From Octopus sinensis (taxonomy: Eukaryota), in contig NW_021832048.1 in the NCBI RefSeq assembly GCF_006345805.1, forward strand, positions 1-34,601: a stretch of 34,601 bases of DNA, read 5' to 3'. This document shows, one piece after another, positions 1 to 12,554 of this stretch (within the stretch, counting starts at the first letter, position 1; every line of letters starts with the position of its first letter). A program made the translations under genes and the position numbers. The notes under the pieces are model-generated. The model made no database searches. It saw only the letters and a list, made by a program, of their open reading frames with translations, and had not been told where the DNA came from.

Positions 1-168
1 TTTAGAGAACGTAAGTAAAAGTGAAAGACATTTTTAATATGCATTTGCTGTGAGCTGACAGAGTACGACGTATGCACATTAATACATACGAATACTTGTA
101 TACACATTCATAAATACATTTCTTCCACGGAAACGCCTGCACACACACACGCACCTACACACATATAT

Positions 169-202
<34 letters not shown>

Positions 203-207
203 GTATA

Positions 208-612
208 GGCGCAGGAATGGCTGGTTGGTAAGTAGCTTGCTAACCAACCACATGGTTCCGGGTTCAGTCCCACTGCGTGGCGTCTTGGGCACGTGTCTTC
301 TGCTATAGCCCCGGGCCGACCAATGCCTTGTGAGTGGATTTGGTAGACGGAAACTGAAAGAAGCCTGTCGTAATATATGTATATATATATAATTGTGTGT
401 GAATATGTTGTGTGTCTGTGTTTGTCCCCCTAGCATTGCTTGACAACCGATGCTGTGTGTTTACCTCCCCGTAACTTAGCGGTTCGGCAAAAGAGACCGA
501 TGGATAAAGTACTGGGCTTACAAAGAATAAGTCCCGGGGTCGATTTACTCGACTAAAGGCGGTGCTCCAGCATAGCCGCAGTCAAATGACTGAAACAAGT
601 AAAAGAGTAACA
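208..612 (+). mobile_element. tRNA-derived SINE, family A, full length
   Basis: A/B-box-like head (TGGCTGGTTGG...GGTTCAGTCCC), an internal TA/TG microsatellite and 3' tail GTCAAATGACTGAAACAAGTAAAAGAG. Homologous copies at 29222, 33580 and 34527. Confidence 0.85.
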
Positions 613-1100
613 AAAAAAGAGAAAAAGAGTAATATATATAAGCAATAAATTAAATAGAGAAATACAATTGACAATCAATTTATTTAGAACATAATATAAA
701 TATAATATAATACAATATAAGTTAAGACAACATAAATAATATATGCAAATACCAAAAAAACCCAACAATTTGTCTCGACTTATATACATTATTTCATTTA
801 TAAACAGTTCATATCCATGTATAGAAGTCTCTTCAAGGTTTGGGTTCAAACGACACGCGAAATTCCAGGTAAAAGGACAACCAGATTGCAAAATACTGAT
901 TCAAAATACCTATGTTTAGGCACGTGAGTGTTATCTATTCAGATACATAACAAGTACCATAAAAGAACAAAAAAAAAAATAACAGACAAAATAATTAAGT
1001 GAGGAAATTTTACAACTTTCAAAATGTTTCGTTTCTATATATCTCCAATAATATCAATTCAAATGAATTTGATCGAAAACAACCACTGGCTATTTTAATA

Positions 1101-1105
<5 letters not shown>

Positions 1106-1159
<54 letters not shown>

Positions 1160-1199
1160 TAATAACAACAACAACAACAACGACAACGACAACAACAAC

Positions 1200-1231
<32 letters not shown>

Positions 1232-1256
1232 TGACGATGATGATGATGATGATGAT
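1106..1256. repeat. Compound microsatellite (AAT)n(AAC)n(GAC)n(GAT)n
   Basis: Directly visible. Confidence 0.95.
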
Positions 1257-1437
1257 ATATAAATAAATAAATGAAGTATCAGAGACTTACTAGTTTAAGA
1301 GACGGTAGTAAATCGTGTAAGACAATATTTATTCTATAAACATGCCTCAGCATTTTCGAAATATCACATTTCTAATATATCAACTATTTATTTATTTATT
1401 TATATGCAATACTTTCAAATATATTTATAGTATATCA

Positions 1438-2087
1438 TCATACTATAATACGCGTAATGTCCTTCCGTCCATCTGTACTCACATCACGGCCAAACGGTTG
1501 GGCCAATCGGCATGAAAGTTTGTAGGGGTATTCGGGGGGGTATCTAGGGTGGTCTATATATAAGTTTAGTCCCTAACCACTCCTATTTCCAGAGAAATTC
1601 AATCAATTCAGGTAACTTTTGCAACCGGAGATATCTTTGGCAGAAAGAATAAGGTGTCCTATACCCACCTAAAGAGACATGCTTGACCTCCTCCTCCTTC
1701 TACCCCGGCCTCTGTCCCACCACCACCACCACCACAGCCTAACAGAGAAAAACCATCAATTGAGGCAAATTTGGCGCCCGGAGGATAAGTTTTGTAAGAG
1801 GAATAGAAAGCCCCTACCTTCTCTCGTAGAGATCAGTCCAACCTCTTTTTCCTCCTCTTGCCACGACCCCTACCCCTCTTCTCTCTGTATTGAGTAATAT
1901 TTTTGAATGAAATAACATTGGCAACCTGGACCTCTTACACCGAGCTTGAGGGTCAGATCTCTCCTTTCGAACACATGAACATTTTCAAAACATTGTTTGC
2001 AAAATAATAGTATAGTTGACCATTTGCGAAGGAGCGTGTCTACAGTCAACACTTTGGATTTTTGCTCCGGTAACTTTTCTTACTAAG
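1438..2087 (+). mobile_element. Degenerate non-autonomous Helitron
   Basis: 5' TCATACTATAATACGCG. The sub-terminal CACGGCCAAACGG..CCAATC..CATGAAA motif is shared with 32126. The 3' end is uncertain. Confidence 0.5.
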
Positions 2088-2727
2088 TATCATACTACGA
2101 TGTATAAAACAGTGAATGACACGATATGCGTGCCATATATTACACGTTAATTAAAATGTAACAAAAGATTTTTTTTCATGTTTGTTCTATAGTCTTCTCA
2201 CACATAGTTTACTTGTATCTCAGCACCATCGACTACAAATAGTTTCTTCTTGATTTTGCGATGTGTTTTATCATTTGTTCTCTCTGAGACATTTTCACAC
2301 AAGCCATTCCTCTCATCTTGGCAATACTCAGGAATTCCAAATTATCAGCTCCACTAGCTGATAACTTCTTCGATAACTTCTTCCATTTCTTGCAATTTTC
2401 CAGTCAAAAGAACTTCGTAATATTCTTGACTAATTCATTGACAAGAGTGGTGCGCCTCCCAATAAGGTTTATATTCACAACGTGGTTTCATGTCGGAACA
2501 TCAAGGAAGTGGTTAAGATCGATGAGCAGTTTTCCCCTCTTCCAATACAACATCGCATTTGACTTTTTTATTAGCCAACAATGGAAGCAAAAAAAAAAAA
2601 ATGATGATAAACATAAATCAAAGGAAAAAAGAAGTGCAGAATTAATGTATCTTCGGAATGTCCCAGAAGACATCCTTGCGAAAAGTTTGCTGCCTTTCAC
2701 AATGATATCTTGAAGAATTACCAGTAT

Positions 2728-2920
2728 GCCGAGCCAATGCTTAGCGGCATTTTTCCCACCTTCACGTTGTCGGTTCAAATTTCACCGAGGTCGACATTGC
2801 TTTTCATCCTTTCGGAGGTCCATTATGTATATACCAGTCAAGTACTGGAGTCGGTGTGATTGACTTGCTCTATCCCTAACAAATTGCAGGCCTTGTGCCT
2901 ATAGTAGAAATCTTTATTTT
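2728..2920 (+). mobile_element. SINE family B, old diverged copy
   Basis: GGTTCAAATTTCACCGAGGTCGACATTGCTTTTCATCCTTTCGG. Confidence 0.65.
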
Positions 2921-3363
2921 CATTACGGCAGTGCCTTCATTGATCTTTTCCAATTATATTTGAAGATGAAAGTGAGGGTAGAGAAGAAGGAACTATCTTC
3001 GAATAATTGTATTGTAAGTGGCAAAAATGGCACAGCTATGAGTATAGAGCTGTGAGTCGGAGAACAAGAAATGGAGAGAACAGTTGCCCTCAGGGTTCAG
3101 AGGGAAGATCCTGGTTTGGTCCTTGTGTCCCCTTGTTTAAAAAGGATCTCATCACTATCACCATTGACTTTTCACTGATCTATACTACGTAGCCCTTATT
3201 TTATTTTTGTTTTTTTCTGGAAATTTATAGAAAATCTTGCTGTAACTTTCTAATTTTTGAAATATGAGTCCATCCAAAGTAAATCAAAAACACTTTATGT
3301 TCGTCTTCGTATTGTTCCCCTCATCCGTCACCCAACTGGAAAATTGTAAAATTTATAATTTTT

Positions 3364-3416
<53 letters not shown>

Positions 3417-3635
3417 CATCCTCATCGTCATCATATTTTCTTCTTCTTCTTCTTCTTCTTTTTCTTTTCCTTCTACTTCTTTTTCTTTTTCTTTTTCTTC
3501 TTTTTCTTTTTTCTTTTTCTTCTTCTTCTCCTTCTTCTTCTCTTCTTCTTCTTCTTCTTTTTCTTTATAATAGTAGTATTAGTAGTAGCAGTACCACCAC
3601 CAGCATCAGTAGTAGCAGTAGTAATAGTAGTAGTT

Positions 3636-3693
<58 letters not shown>
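3364..3693. repeat. Compound microsatellite (CAT)n(TTC)n(TAG)n
   Basis: Directly visible. Confidence 0.95.
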
Positions 3694-3694
<1 letters not shown>

Positions 3695-5154
3695 AAATAT
3701 TCTCATTTTCTCTTCTGTTTTTCTTTATGAAATTTTGCTTGCAATATTTATTATGAAAATAATCTGCAATGCGATAACTTCGTGAAGACGATGAACCAAT
3801 GTAAATATAGGTCAAGGGTGGAAGGGAAAACACGGTTTGAAGTACTTTCAGTTTGCTTATTTTAGTTTCTAGGGATGGAAAAATAAAACGAAACACAACG
3901 AAGAACCTAATATTGTATTTCTGTTTTGTTTGGTGATAAATCAGTTTGGAAGTTGTTCTGTGAAAGGCCGTGGCAGAGAGATTTTTGTTGAAAGAACTGA
4001 TTCTAAGGTTTAAAATGTTATTATTGTAATTGTGAGAGTTATTATACAAAAATATGATTGGTGAAGTAAACATTGAAATGATGTCAATACATTAGTAGAG
4101 CGAAAGGGAGTTCATATTTAGCAAAGAATTATTTCTCCTTGCTTGATTAACACATGACTAATTGTATTATTAATTGACAATGTGTTTTCAAGAATAAACA
4201 AGTGAATTTATGGAGTTTTAGTTGATGAAGAGTTAATTTAGTTGAAAACGATAACTCATATTGACTAAAACTCGTTTATTGAGTTCTTATCAGGTTTTAG
4301 TGCACTAATTAATACCAGAACTTATTTATTATTGACCGTGTAACATAATTTTGAGTGCTGAATTATTCACAACTTTGATATTAAATATCTCTTCACTTGA
4401 TGCTTTGCAGTCATCGATCGTTAATCAATATTAACGTTATCTTCTACAGTTTTTTTCCCCATGCTGTCCTCGGTTGGTCACCTCTACAGTACAAATGATC
4501 ATGACTAAACTTTGACATACCTATTATGAAACCTCCTTGTCATAAGATCTAACTTGGCAGTCCCTACCTATGTCTCCTCTGTGCCCTTTTTTTACTTGTT
4601 ACTATATTGTATTATCAACATACCGTCGTCAAAACGAGAATTCAAAATGTTCATAAAGAGAATGCTTTAATCATTCAAAGGTCTACTCGAGCTCTTTAAC
4701 CTGTAGTTAAACAGTGACTATCAACATTTATAATATTTTCACCCAGCATTCGTAGGCAATTCGTGTTAAATGTTTCTTCTTCTTTCGATGCAGTTGTTGA
4801 AAATAATCAAATTTATGTTAACGTATTTAATACAGGAAACCTTAAACTGGTTATAAAAATAATTATGCGATGAAAAGAAAATAATTGTGAATTACTCAGA
4901 ACATTTGAATTATTTTGCTAGCATGTGACACAGCAACGGGCATATTTGAGTCTTATTAGACCTCCTCAGCCGCTGAGGTGGTGAGAAAGGGACCAATAAA
5001 TAAATGCAAATTATTGCAAATGAATGGAAAAGGACATTATATTGTCGAGAAATTAGGGCAACGTCCGATAATTGTTTCTTAGTCATATAATTATTTGTAA
5101 TTAGCTTTTTAATTGTTATTGCATTACGCGTAGTAACAATATTGATCTCAATTT

Positions 5155-5355
5155 TTGGCAAAAGAACAGCAATTCTGGCAGAGAAAATAAATAGATTACA
5201 TCAACTGCCAGTGCTCGACTGGTACTTCATTTATCGATGCCGAATAGATGAAAGGCAAAGTCGACCTCGGCGTAATTTGAACCCAGAACATAAAGCTGGA
5301 CAAAATGCTGCTTAGCAGTGTGACCGGTGTCCTATCGATTCTGCCAACTCGCTGT
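5155..5355 (-). mobile_element. SINE family B, old diverged copy
   Basis: GATGAAAGGCAAAGTCGACCTCGGCGTAATTTGAAC. Confidence 0.7.
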
Positions 5356-5845
5356 CAAACATATAATAATAGGAACTCGACTCTTACCAGTAACGCACCA
5401 CTGCCCTTTGGGTATAATTATGGTTCAGCTTTCGAGAAAGTTAGTATGGTGCATCGAACATCGTATCTGACTCATTTCGTTCCACACTGTAGGGAAAGTT
5501 CACTTTCAATATTCAATATTCGATAATATTGCAATTCTTGCATATCTGTGCACCGTTTTGATTTCGGGGTAGCAGTTCTGTTGTTTTGAAGGGTAGAAGT
5601 GTTTCACATCCTCTAAGAAGAAATCACTACTGGTTGCTGTTGATTGGGTTGACTGAGTGTTCGTTTAATGACATCAAATATTTCACGCGTAACAAATTGT
5701 GTGGCCACAGAAATATTTGATAAATTTTCTTTATACAATACATTTATGTTCAAACGCCTCAAAGTGTATATTCTGCATCACTTCCGGTCCACTGAGGCAA
5801 AGTGTCAAAAAGTAAAATATCTTTCAATAAAGACTTCAGAATCAA

Positions 5846-5921
5846 TCTGTCTGTCTGTCTGTCTCTGTCTGTCTGTCTGTCTGTCTCTGTCTGTCTGTCT
5901 GTCTGTCTGTATGTCTGTCTG

Positions 5922-6003
<82 letters not shown>
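5846..6003. repeat. Compound microsatellite (TCTG)n(TC)n(TA)n(TG)n
   Basis: Directly visible. Confidence 0.95.
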
Positions 6004-6004
<1 letters not shown>

Positions 6005-6941
6005 CGTCACAAGTATTGACGAACGGGTAAGGTGTTTGTCTGGAAATAATATAGTTTCGTGTTCGTGTGAATTAAGTTGACGGAGACTGTATAGAAACCG
6101 GTTGGTCATTCACTGACTCGGCTCCGTCACACTCCGTCTGCGGCGGAGATTAAGAGCATGCACATCTGCAGACTACTGAGTCGCAATCATACGTGGATGA
6201 GTTGAACATTTAAAAAAATGTTTTATTTTAAGTTTTAAACAATTTATATGTTTTAAACACATCATTTATTTCATCTCAACCATTGTTAACTCAATGCGAT
6301 TCAGTTCTTGTTTTATAAGAATCTGTGTGATTTCAAATCAATTTTGGAAGGAATTGTAACGTCTTTTGTTTCATCCAACGAAAGTAAATATTTTCGTTCA
6401 AGTTTATTTCTTTAAAACGAAATAAGATTTCATAGTCTAAAATTTCTCAATGTTGACATTGAAATTATTGTATTTTTCTTTATATATCTACATTTTTAAT
6501 ATAAACAAAAATTAATGTTTTATTAACACATTTTAATATCATTCATGTGTGACTGAATACGGGGTAGTCGGAGTTAAATTTCCTGCAATAATATTTGTTC
6601 CCATTTTTCAAAAATTATTCCAATATATCTTTGGTAAAAATAGAATTTTCTGTTTAATTAAGAATGCGCAATCGATATTTTGACATCTCTAGTCTATCCA
6701 ACTAGATTAAAGAAGGAAACTCAAGGTAGCCACATTACCTGCTAGAAGTGGCAGTCAAATTATCCTCAATATTCACCATATTTTCTTTATAAAAATTAAT
6801 ACAGTCTGGAGTCTATTAGTTTTGAAATCATACGGGATGGCCATAGATGGGTTACCTTTTATATTCTAAAACTGTGCAATACAACAAGGCTGACTGTCAG
6901 GCATATGCATCCACATCTTTTTGTAAGAAACAACTCTCTTT

Positions 6942-7228
6942 GGACAAGGAAAGGGCAAAACATATTTATTCCAAGAATTTCCACTGATTTCAGCAGACAT
7001 GCTCTTTGAATTCAAGAGACTTTGCTGGAAGAGTTAGTTTTGCGATGTCAATTAACAAGAGTCAAGGACACTCACTCAGAATTGTTGGACTTTACTGATG
7101 CAGCAGCAGTGCTTTCCTATGGTCAACACTATGTTGGTTGTTGCAGAGTTGGAAATTGCAACGATCTCTTCAAACTCGCACCAAATGATAAAAGCAAAAC
7201 TGTTGTGTATCTTGCTATTTTACAGTGA
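6942..7228 (+). pseudogene. Helitron RepHel PIF1-helicase C-terminal fragment (frameshifted)
   Basis: Across frames: IFIPRI.PLISADMLFEFKRL / FAMSINKSQGHSLRIVGL / SYGQHYVGCCRVGN...KSKTVVY. This matches the Helitron motifs FAMTINKSQGQSL and FSHGQLYVACSRV. Confidence 0.85.
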
Positions 7229-7287
7229 TTTCCAAATGTCACAGTGGTACGGGTAGTTACACGATGTGGTACATGGGTATAATATAT

Positions 7288-7519
7288 TATTCTTTACTAC
7301 CCACAAGGGGCTAAACACAGAGGGGACAAACAAGGATAGACAAATGGATCAAGTCGATTACATCGACTCCAGTGCGTAACTGGTACTTAATCTATCGACC
7401 CCGAAAGGATGAAAGGCAAAGTCGACCTCGGCGGAATTTGAACTCAGAACGTAACGCCAGACGAAATACGGCTACGCATTTCGCCCGGCGTGCTTAACGT
7501 TTCTGCCAGCTCGCCGCCT
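7288..7519 (-). mobile_element. tRNA-derived SINE, family B (MetaSINE-like central domain)
   Basis: Reverse complement of 7869-8107; contains the GGTCGACTTTGCCTTTCATCCTTTCGGGGTCGAT core. Confidence 0.85.
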
Positions 7520-7868
7520 GCATGAAATTCTGGGTACAGAATGGTGCGTGCAGGTGCGTGGCTAAGTGGTTAGGATGTTGTAGTTATGCTCGTAAGACTG
7601 CGGATTCTTTTTGCGGGGGGCCGGGGAATGCGTTTTGTGGTTGAGCGAAACCATTCAGATTATGCTTCCTCGATCGCCGCAGTTGACAAAAATGTGACAT
7701 CCTGCGACGGAATGGCGTTTTGTCCAGGACTGGGAAATACATAGGATACGGAGTCCGGAAAACTGGCTTTATGGGCCTATGGACCGGGAAGGACCGTTGA
7801 TTGCTTTATATAATGGGGTAAAGATACGTAACGATGTCTAGCTATATAACGTTGAGTGGTTATAGATT

Positions 7869-8107
7869 AAGGCGGCGAGCTGACAGAGACGTTAGCCCGC
7901 CGGGCGAAATGCGTAGCTGTATTTCGTCTGCCGCTACGTTCTGAGTTCAAATACCGCCGAGGTCGACTTTGCCTTTCATCCTTTCGGGGTCGATTAGATA
8001 AGTACCAGTTACGCACTGGGGTCGATATAATCGACTTAATCCGTGTGTCTGTCCTTGTTTGCTCTCTCTCTCTCTCTCTGTAGCCCCTTGTTGGTAGTAA
8101 AGAAATA
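7869..8107 (+). mobile_element. tRNA-derived SINE, family B, full length with TSD
   Basis: GGCGGCGAGCTG head and GAGTTCAAAT B-box. 11-bp TSD GGTTATAGATT at 7858-7868 and 8108-8118. Confidence 0.9.
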
Positions 8108-8405
8108 GGTTATAGATTTACAAGTCAAAAACCCTCTATAGAATTATGTTTATTATTTAAAACGTATCTTATGTCTTGTAATTATCGTTGATTTGCCTTT
8201 AGCCTGAAATCTTATATGTTGTGCTAATATTTCATCTGTCAATGGTGAGAATTCTGCCTGAGGCATAAATATGATGACGTCCGCGTGCTGAGTGAAAGTT
8301 CTACTTACTTCCCAATAATCTACAGTCTAACAGCTGCAGCAGCTTTTGTCTTTAGTCAACATTCTGATCTTCATTAGCGATTACTGTGTCACCGTATATA
8401 TCAAA

Positions 8406-8770
8406 CTAGCAGTATCGCCCGGCGTTGCTCGGTTTGTAGGGAAATAACTATATAAGCATTTTTAGAGAGTTATAGCGGGAAAAAAATGATGGTAAATTTT
8501 TTTTGAGAGTTAAAAAGGTCGAGTTGCGTCCCTAGACAGTCTGTGGTTGTGTGTTTCTGATTCTCGACCCCAGTCGAATTTATCGATTTTTTTTTCAGAA
8601 GTGAGGGAACTTTTCAAAATTTTCGGTGCGTGTAGTTTTGAATTATGACATTGGGCTATGTGTGTGTCAAGTTTCATCAGAATCGGTTGAAAGCAGTGGT
8701 CAGGGTGAGGGTACAACCCAAACAGACACACAGAAAACACACAGACAAACTGCCGTTATATAGAGAGAGA
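8406..8770 (-). mobile_element. Non-autonomous Helitron
   Basis: The minus strand starts TC and ends with a GC-rich hairpin (CCGAGC-AAC-GCCGGG) followed by CTAG. Inserted between A and T with no TSD. Confidence 0.8.
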
Positions 8771-8809
8771 TAGGTGCCACGATGCTACTGGATCCGATTA
8801 TTATTATTA

Positions 8810-8847
<38 letters not shown>

Positions 8848-9392
8848 GTGAGAGGAGAGCAGTGCATGCCATCAAAGTGACACTGGGGTAAAATATACGA
8901 AGCCCAGTATACCCATCATGACTACCCGTCTGATAAGGGTACACCAGGCACATGCATCGCAACTATATGTGCGCAACATGGTGATCTCATATCAAGATAA
9001 ACAGCACATGACTTTGCGGGTGGGGCCCAGTTAGAATTTTCTTCACGTCGAGTAGCCCATCCGATTCAAGAGGACCCTGAATAGGGCTTGTTGTAAGGAT
9101 GATTAACAAAACATTAATGTTTCCAGAAGTGAATTATTCAAACCCCAAAGAATCCCTCTCAACACATGGCTATGATGCTCCCCCACTACTTCTGCTCGTG
9201 ATCAGAGATGCACATATCGTCAGCCACAAAGGGACATACTCAACTGGTTATGGTCAAACAACTGACAAGCAAATCTGTGGTATTGAGCATAATATTTGCT
9301 GTAGCCCATCTTTTATACTAAGACAAAACAATGTACATGATAACACTTCCAATCAGTCAAGATGGGAAGCCATCAGACTCACCGCCTGATAC
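8848..9392 (-). mobile_element. ~550-bp non-coding interspersed repeat with (TAA)n tail, copy 1
   Basis: Homologous to 9404-9827 and 23552-23980; abuts (ATT)n at 8797-8847. Confidence 0.75.
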
Positions 9393-9403
9393 TAGTTCCC
9401 GTA

Positions 9404-9827
9404 ATACACATGCATGACAACAATATGTACCTGACATAGTGATTACATATCCAGATAAACATTCTATGACCTTGTAGGTGGACCCAGTTAGAATTTTCCT
9501 CAAGTCGAGCAGCCCATCCCGCTCAAAGGGACCCTGATTTGGGTGTCTTTAAGAATGATGAATGAAATACCTATATTTCTAGAAGTGAAATATTTGAACT
9601 CCAAGGAATTATTTTCAACACATGGCTATGATGCTCTCCCACTACTTCTACTCGCAATCAAAGATGTACATATCGCCATCCACTAACGACATGCACAAAT
9701 GCTTAAGGTCAAGCAACAGACATGCAAATCTGTGGTATTGAGCAGAATATTTGCTTACACAAAGACACTATCAATCAGTTCAAATCCGAAGCTATGAGAA
9801 CAACTGTGTGGTATTGCATAAAGGCAT
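9404..9827 (-). mobile_element. Same non-coding repeat, diverged partial copy 2
   Basis: CCCAGTTAGAATTTTC, CAACACATGGCTATGATGCT and GCAAATCTGTGGTATTGAGCA are shared with copy 1. Confidence 0.7.
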
Positions 9828-9829
9828 AT

Positions 9830-10032
9830 ATTCTTCTTCTTCTTCTTCTTCTTCTTCTTCTCCCACTTCTTCTTCCTCTTCTTCTTCTTCTTCCCCTTCT
9901 TCTACTTCTTCTTCTTCCTCTTCTTCTTCTCTCACTTCTTCCTCTTCTTCTTCTCCCACTTCTTCTTCCTCTTCTTCTTCTTCCCCTTCTTCTTCTTCTT
10001 CCCCTTCTTCTACTTCTTCTTCTTCTACTTCT

Positions 10033-10064
<32 letters not shown>

Positions 10065-10265
10065 TTCTTCCCCTTCTTCTTCTTCCTCTTCTTCTTCTTC
10101 TTCTTCCCCTTCTTCTACTTCCTCTTCTTCTTCTTCTTCCTCTTCTTCTTCTTCTTCTTCCCCTTCTTCTACCTCCTCTTCTTCTTCCACTTCTTCCCCT
10201 TCTTCTACTTCCTCTTCTTCTTCTTCTTCCTCTTCTTCTTCTTCTTTTTCTTCTTCCTCTTCTTC

Positions 10266-10296
<31 letters not shown>

Positions 10297-10652
10297 TTCT
10301 TTCTTCCCCTTCTTCTACTCCTCTTCTTCTTCTTCCTCTTCTTCTTCTTCTCTTCCCTTATTCTACCTCTCTTCTTCTTCCACTTCTTCCCCTTCTTCTA
10401 CTTCCTTCTTCTTCTTTTTCTTCTCTTCTTCTTTTCTTCTTTTTCTTTTCCTCTTCTTCTTTTCTTCTTTTTTTTTCTTCACTCTCTTCTTCCACTTCTT
10501 CTTCCTCTTCGTCTTCTTCTTCTCTTCTTCTTCTCTTCTTCTTCTTCTTCTTTTTCTTTCTCTTCTTCTTTTCCTCTTTCTTCTTTCTTCTTCTTCTCTC
10601 CTTTCTTCTCTTCTTCTCCTTTCTCTTCTTCTCTCTTCTTCTTCTCTTTATT

Positions 10653-10687
<35 letters not shown>

Positions 10688-10801
10688 TTCTTCTTCTCTT
10701 CTTCTTCTTTTTCTTCTTCTTCTTCTTCTTCTTTTTCTTCTCTTTTCTTCTTTTTCTTTTTCTTTTTCTTCTTTTTCTTTCTTCTTCTTCTTTTTTTTTC
10801 T

Positions 10802-10833
<32 letters not shown>

Positions 10834-11145
10834 TTCTTCTTTTTCTTCTTCTTCTTTCTTCTTCTTCCTCTTTTCTTCTTCTTCTTCTTCATTCTCGTTT
10901 CTTCTTTTCTTCTTCTTTTCTTCTTCTAATTGTTCTTGTCTTATTCTGTTCTTCTTCTTCTTCCTTCTTCTTTTGTCTTCTTCTTCTTCTTCTTCTTTTT
11001 CTTCTATTGTCTTCTTCTTCTCTTCTCTTTTCTTCTTCGTTCTTATTCTTCTTCTTCTTTTTCTTCTCTACTGTTCTTCTTCTTTATTTTTTCTTTTCTT
11101 CTTCTTCTTCTTCTTCTTCTTCTTCTTCTTCCTCTCTTCTCCTCC
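9830..11145. repeat. ~1.3-kb degenerate (TTC)n polypyrimidine tract
   Basis: Directly visible; it produces the poly-L/S/F/E/K pseudo-ORFs. Confidence 0.95.
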
Positions 11146-11419
11146 ATCATCATGGCCGTCAGCCTGTGAAGTCATACATGTTGGAGCTCCGTAAATTGTG
11201 TTTAATCAAACATTTCGGCTGGTTTCAGCCCGTTTATTAAAAAAATTATTTCACCACTGTTTTGCCTGCATTGTCTGGATCATGGTGGTAACGCGTTGTG
11301 TAATTGCACCCCCTTTTGGGGGTCTTATAATTGTTATGTATTTTTTTTTTCTGAAGTCAGTATTTTTTAATTTCTCCAAATTTAAAAAAAAATGTCGGAA
11401 TACGAAGAAATATTAATAA

Positions 11420-11795
11420 CTAGCAGTATCGCCCGGCGTTGCTCGGGTTTGTAAGGGAAATAACTCTATAAGCATTTTTAGAGAGTTATAGCCAAAAAAT
11501 AGCAACAAAATGATGATAAATTTGTTTGAAAATCGTTGACTCATCGTAGACATTTTTAGAGAGTTACTTCCCTTATATAATAGCGAAAAATGCATTAAAA
11601 TGGAAAAAAATGATGGTAATTTTTTTTTAAATCGCAGACTCATCGTAGACGCGCGCTAATACCCAGAAGGGCTTGATATGAATCACGACTATAAGATACC
11701 CGGTTTTGGTTAAACTGCACCGCAAAATGTGGGAGTAGTTAGGAATCTAAATCGTAGGAGACAGACACACAACTTCTCTTTTATATATATAAAGA
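11420..11795 (-). mobile_element. Non-autonomous Helitron, same 3' end as 8406
   Basis: A|CTAGCAGTATCGCCCGGCGTTGCTCGGG ... TATAAAGA|T on the plus strand; contains an internal partial repeat. Confidence 0.8.
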
Positions 11796-12027
11796 TTAAC
11801 CAAGAATCAGTGTTCTGTTGAAACTCCGAAGACAAACGCAGACGAAGATGGAATGAATTTCTCGTCAAAGAGAAATAGAATTTCCTCTTGTTGCGACAAC
11901 GAGAGTAACAGGTGCAAAAGTACTGGCAGCAACGACGGTGACTAAAGCAGCAGCAGCAGCAGCTGCATTACCACGTGACAAGTAAATACATCGACGCTAG
12001 TGCTCAACTGGTTCTTATAGTATCGAA

Positions 12028-12444
12028 GGCCTGCGAGCTGGCAGAAACGTTAGCACGCCGGGCGAAATGCTTAGCGGTATTTCGTCTGCCCGTTACGTTG
12101 TGAGTTCAAATTCCGCCGAGATCGACTTTGCCTTTCATCCTTTCGGGGTCGATAAATTAAGTACCAGTTACGCACTGGGGCCGATGTAATCGACTTAATA
12201 CCTATGTCTGTCCTTGTTTGTCCCTCTGTGTTTAGCCTCTTGTGGGTAATAAAGAAATAGGTATTTCGTCTGCCTTTACGTTCTGAGTTCAAATTCCGCC
12301 GAGGTCGACTTTGCCTTTCATCCTTTCGGGGTTCGATAAATTAAGCACCAGTTACGCACTGGGGTCGATGTTATCGACTTAATACCTATGTCTGTCCTTG
12401 TTTGTCCCCTCTGTGTTTAGCCCCTTGTGGGTAATAAAGAAATA
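12028..12444 (+). mobile_element. SINE family B dimer (full copy plus 5'-truncated copy), nested in an older antisense copy
   Basis: Units 12028-12259 and 12260-12444. TSD CTTATAGTATCGAA at 12014-12027 and 12449-12462. The flanks (about 11980-12027 and 12445-12525) form a split minus-strand copy. Confidence 0.85.
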
Positions 12445-12554
12445 GGTACTTATAGTATCGAACTCAAAGGGATAGGAGGCAAAATCGACCCCAGCGGCAT
12501 TGGAACTCAGAACATAAAGCCGCCTTTACTATATTATCTAATATTGGCTTAAAA

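Noticed and set aside
1-16. Possible splice donor AC|GTAAGT at position 11
   Set aside because: Only 10 upstream bases are visible, so no exon can be supported.
808-868. Possible 61-nt exon (AACAG...CCAG|GTAAAA)
   Set aside because: Splice signals are weak and no frame resembles ERGIC1 or any family I recognise.
2318-2778. Overlapping 131-aa and 96-aa ORFs
   Set aside because: No recognisable domain; one begins inside a decayed SINE.
9722-11240. Long ORFs of 490, 392, 137 and 132 aa
   Set aside because: They are translations of the (TTC)n tract, which lacks stop codons; there is no protein-like complexity.
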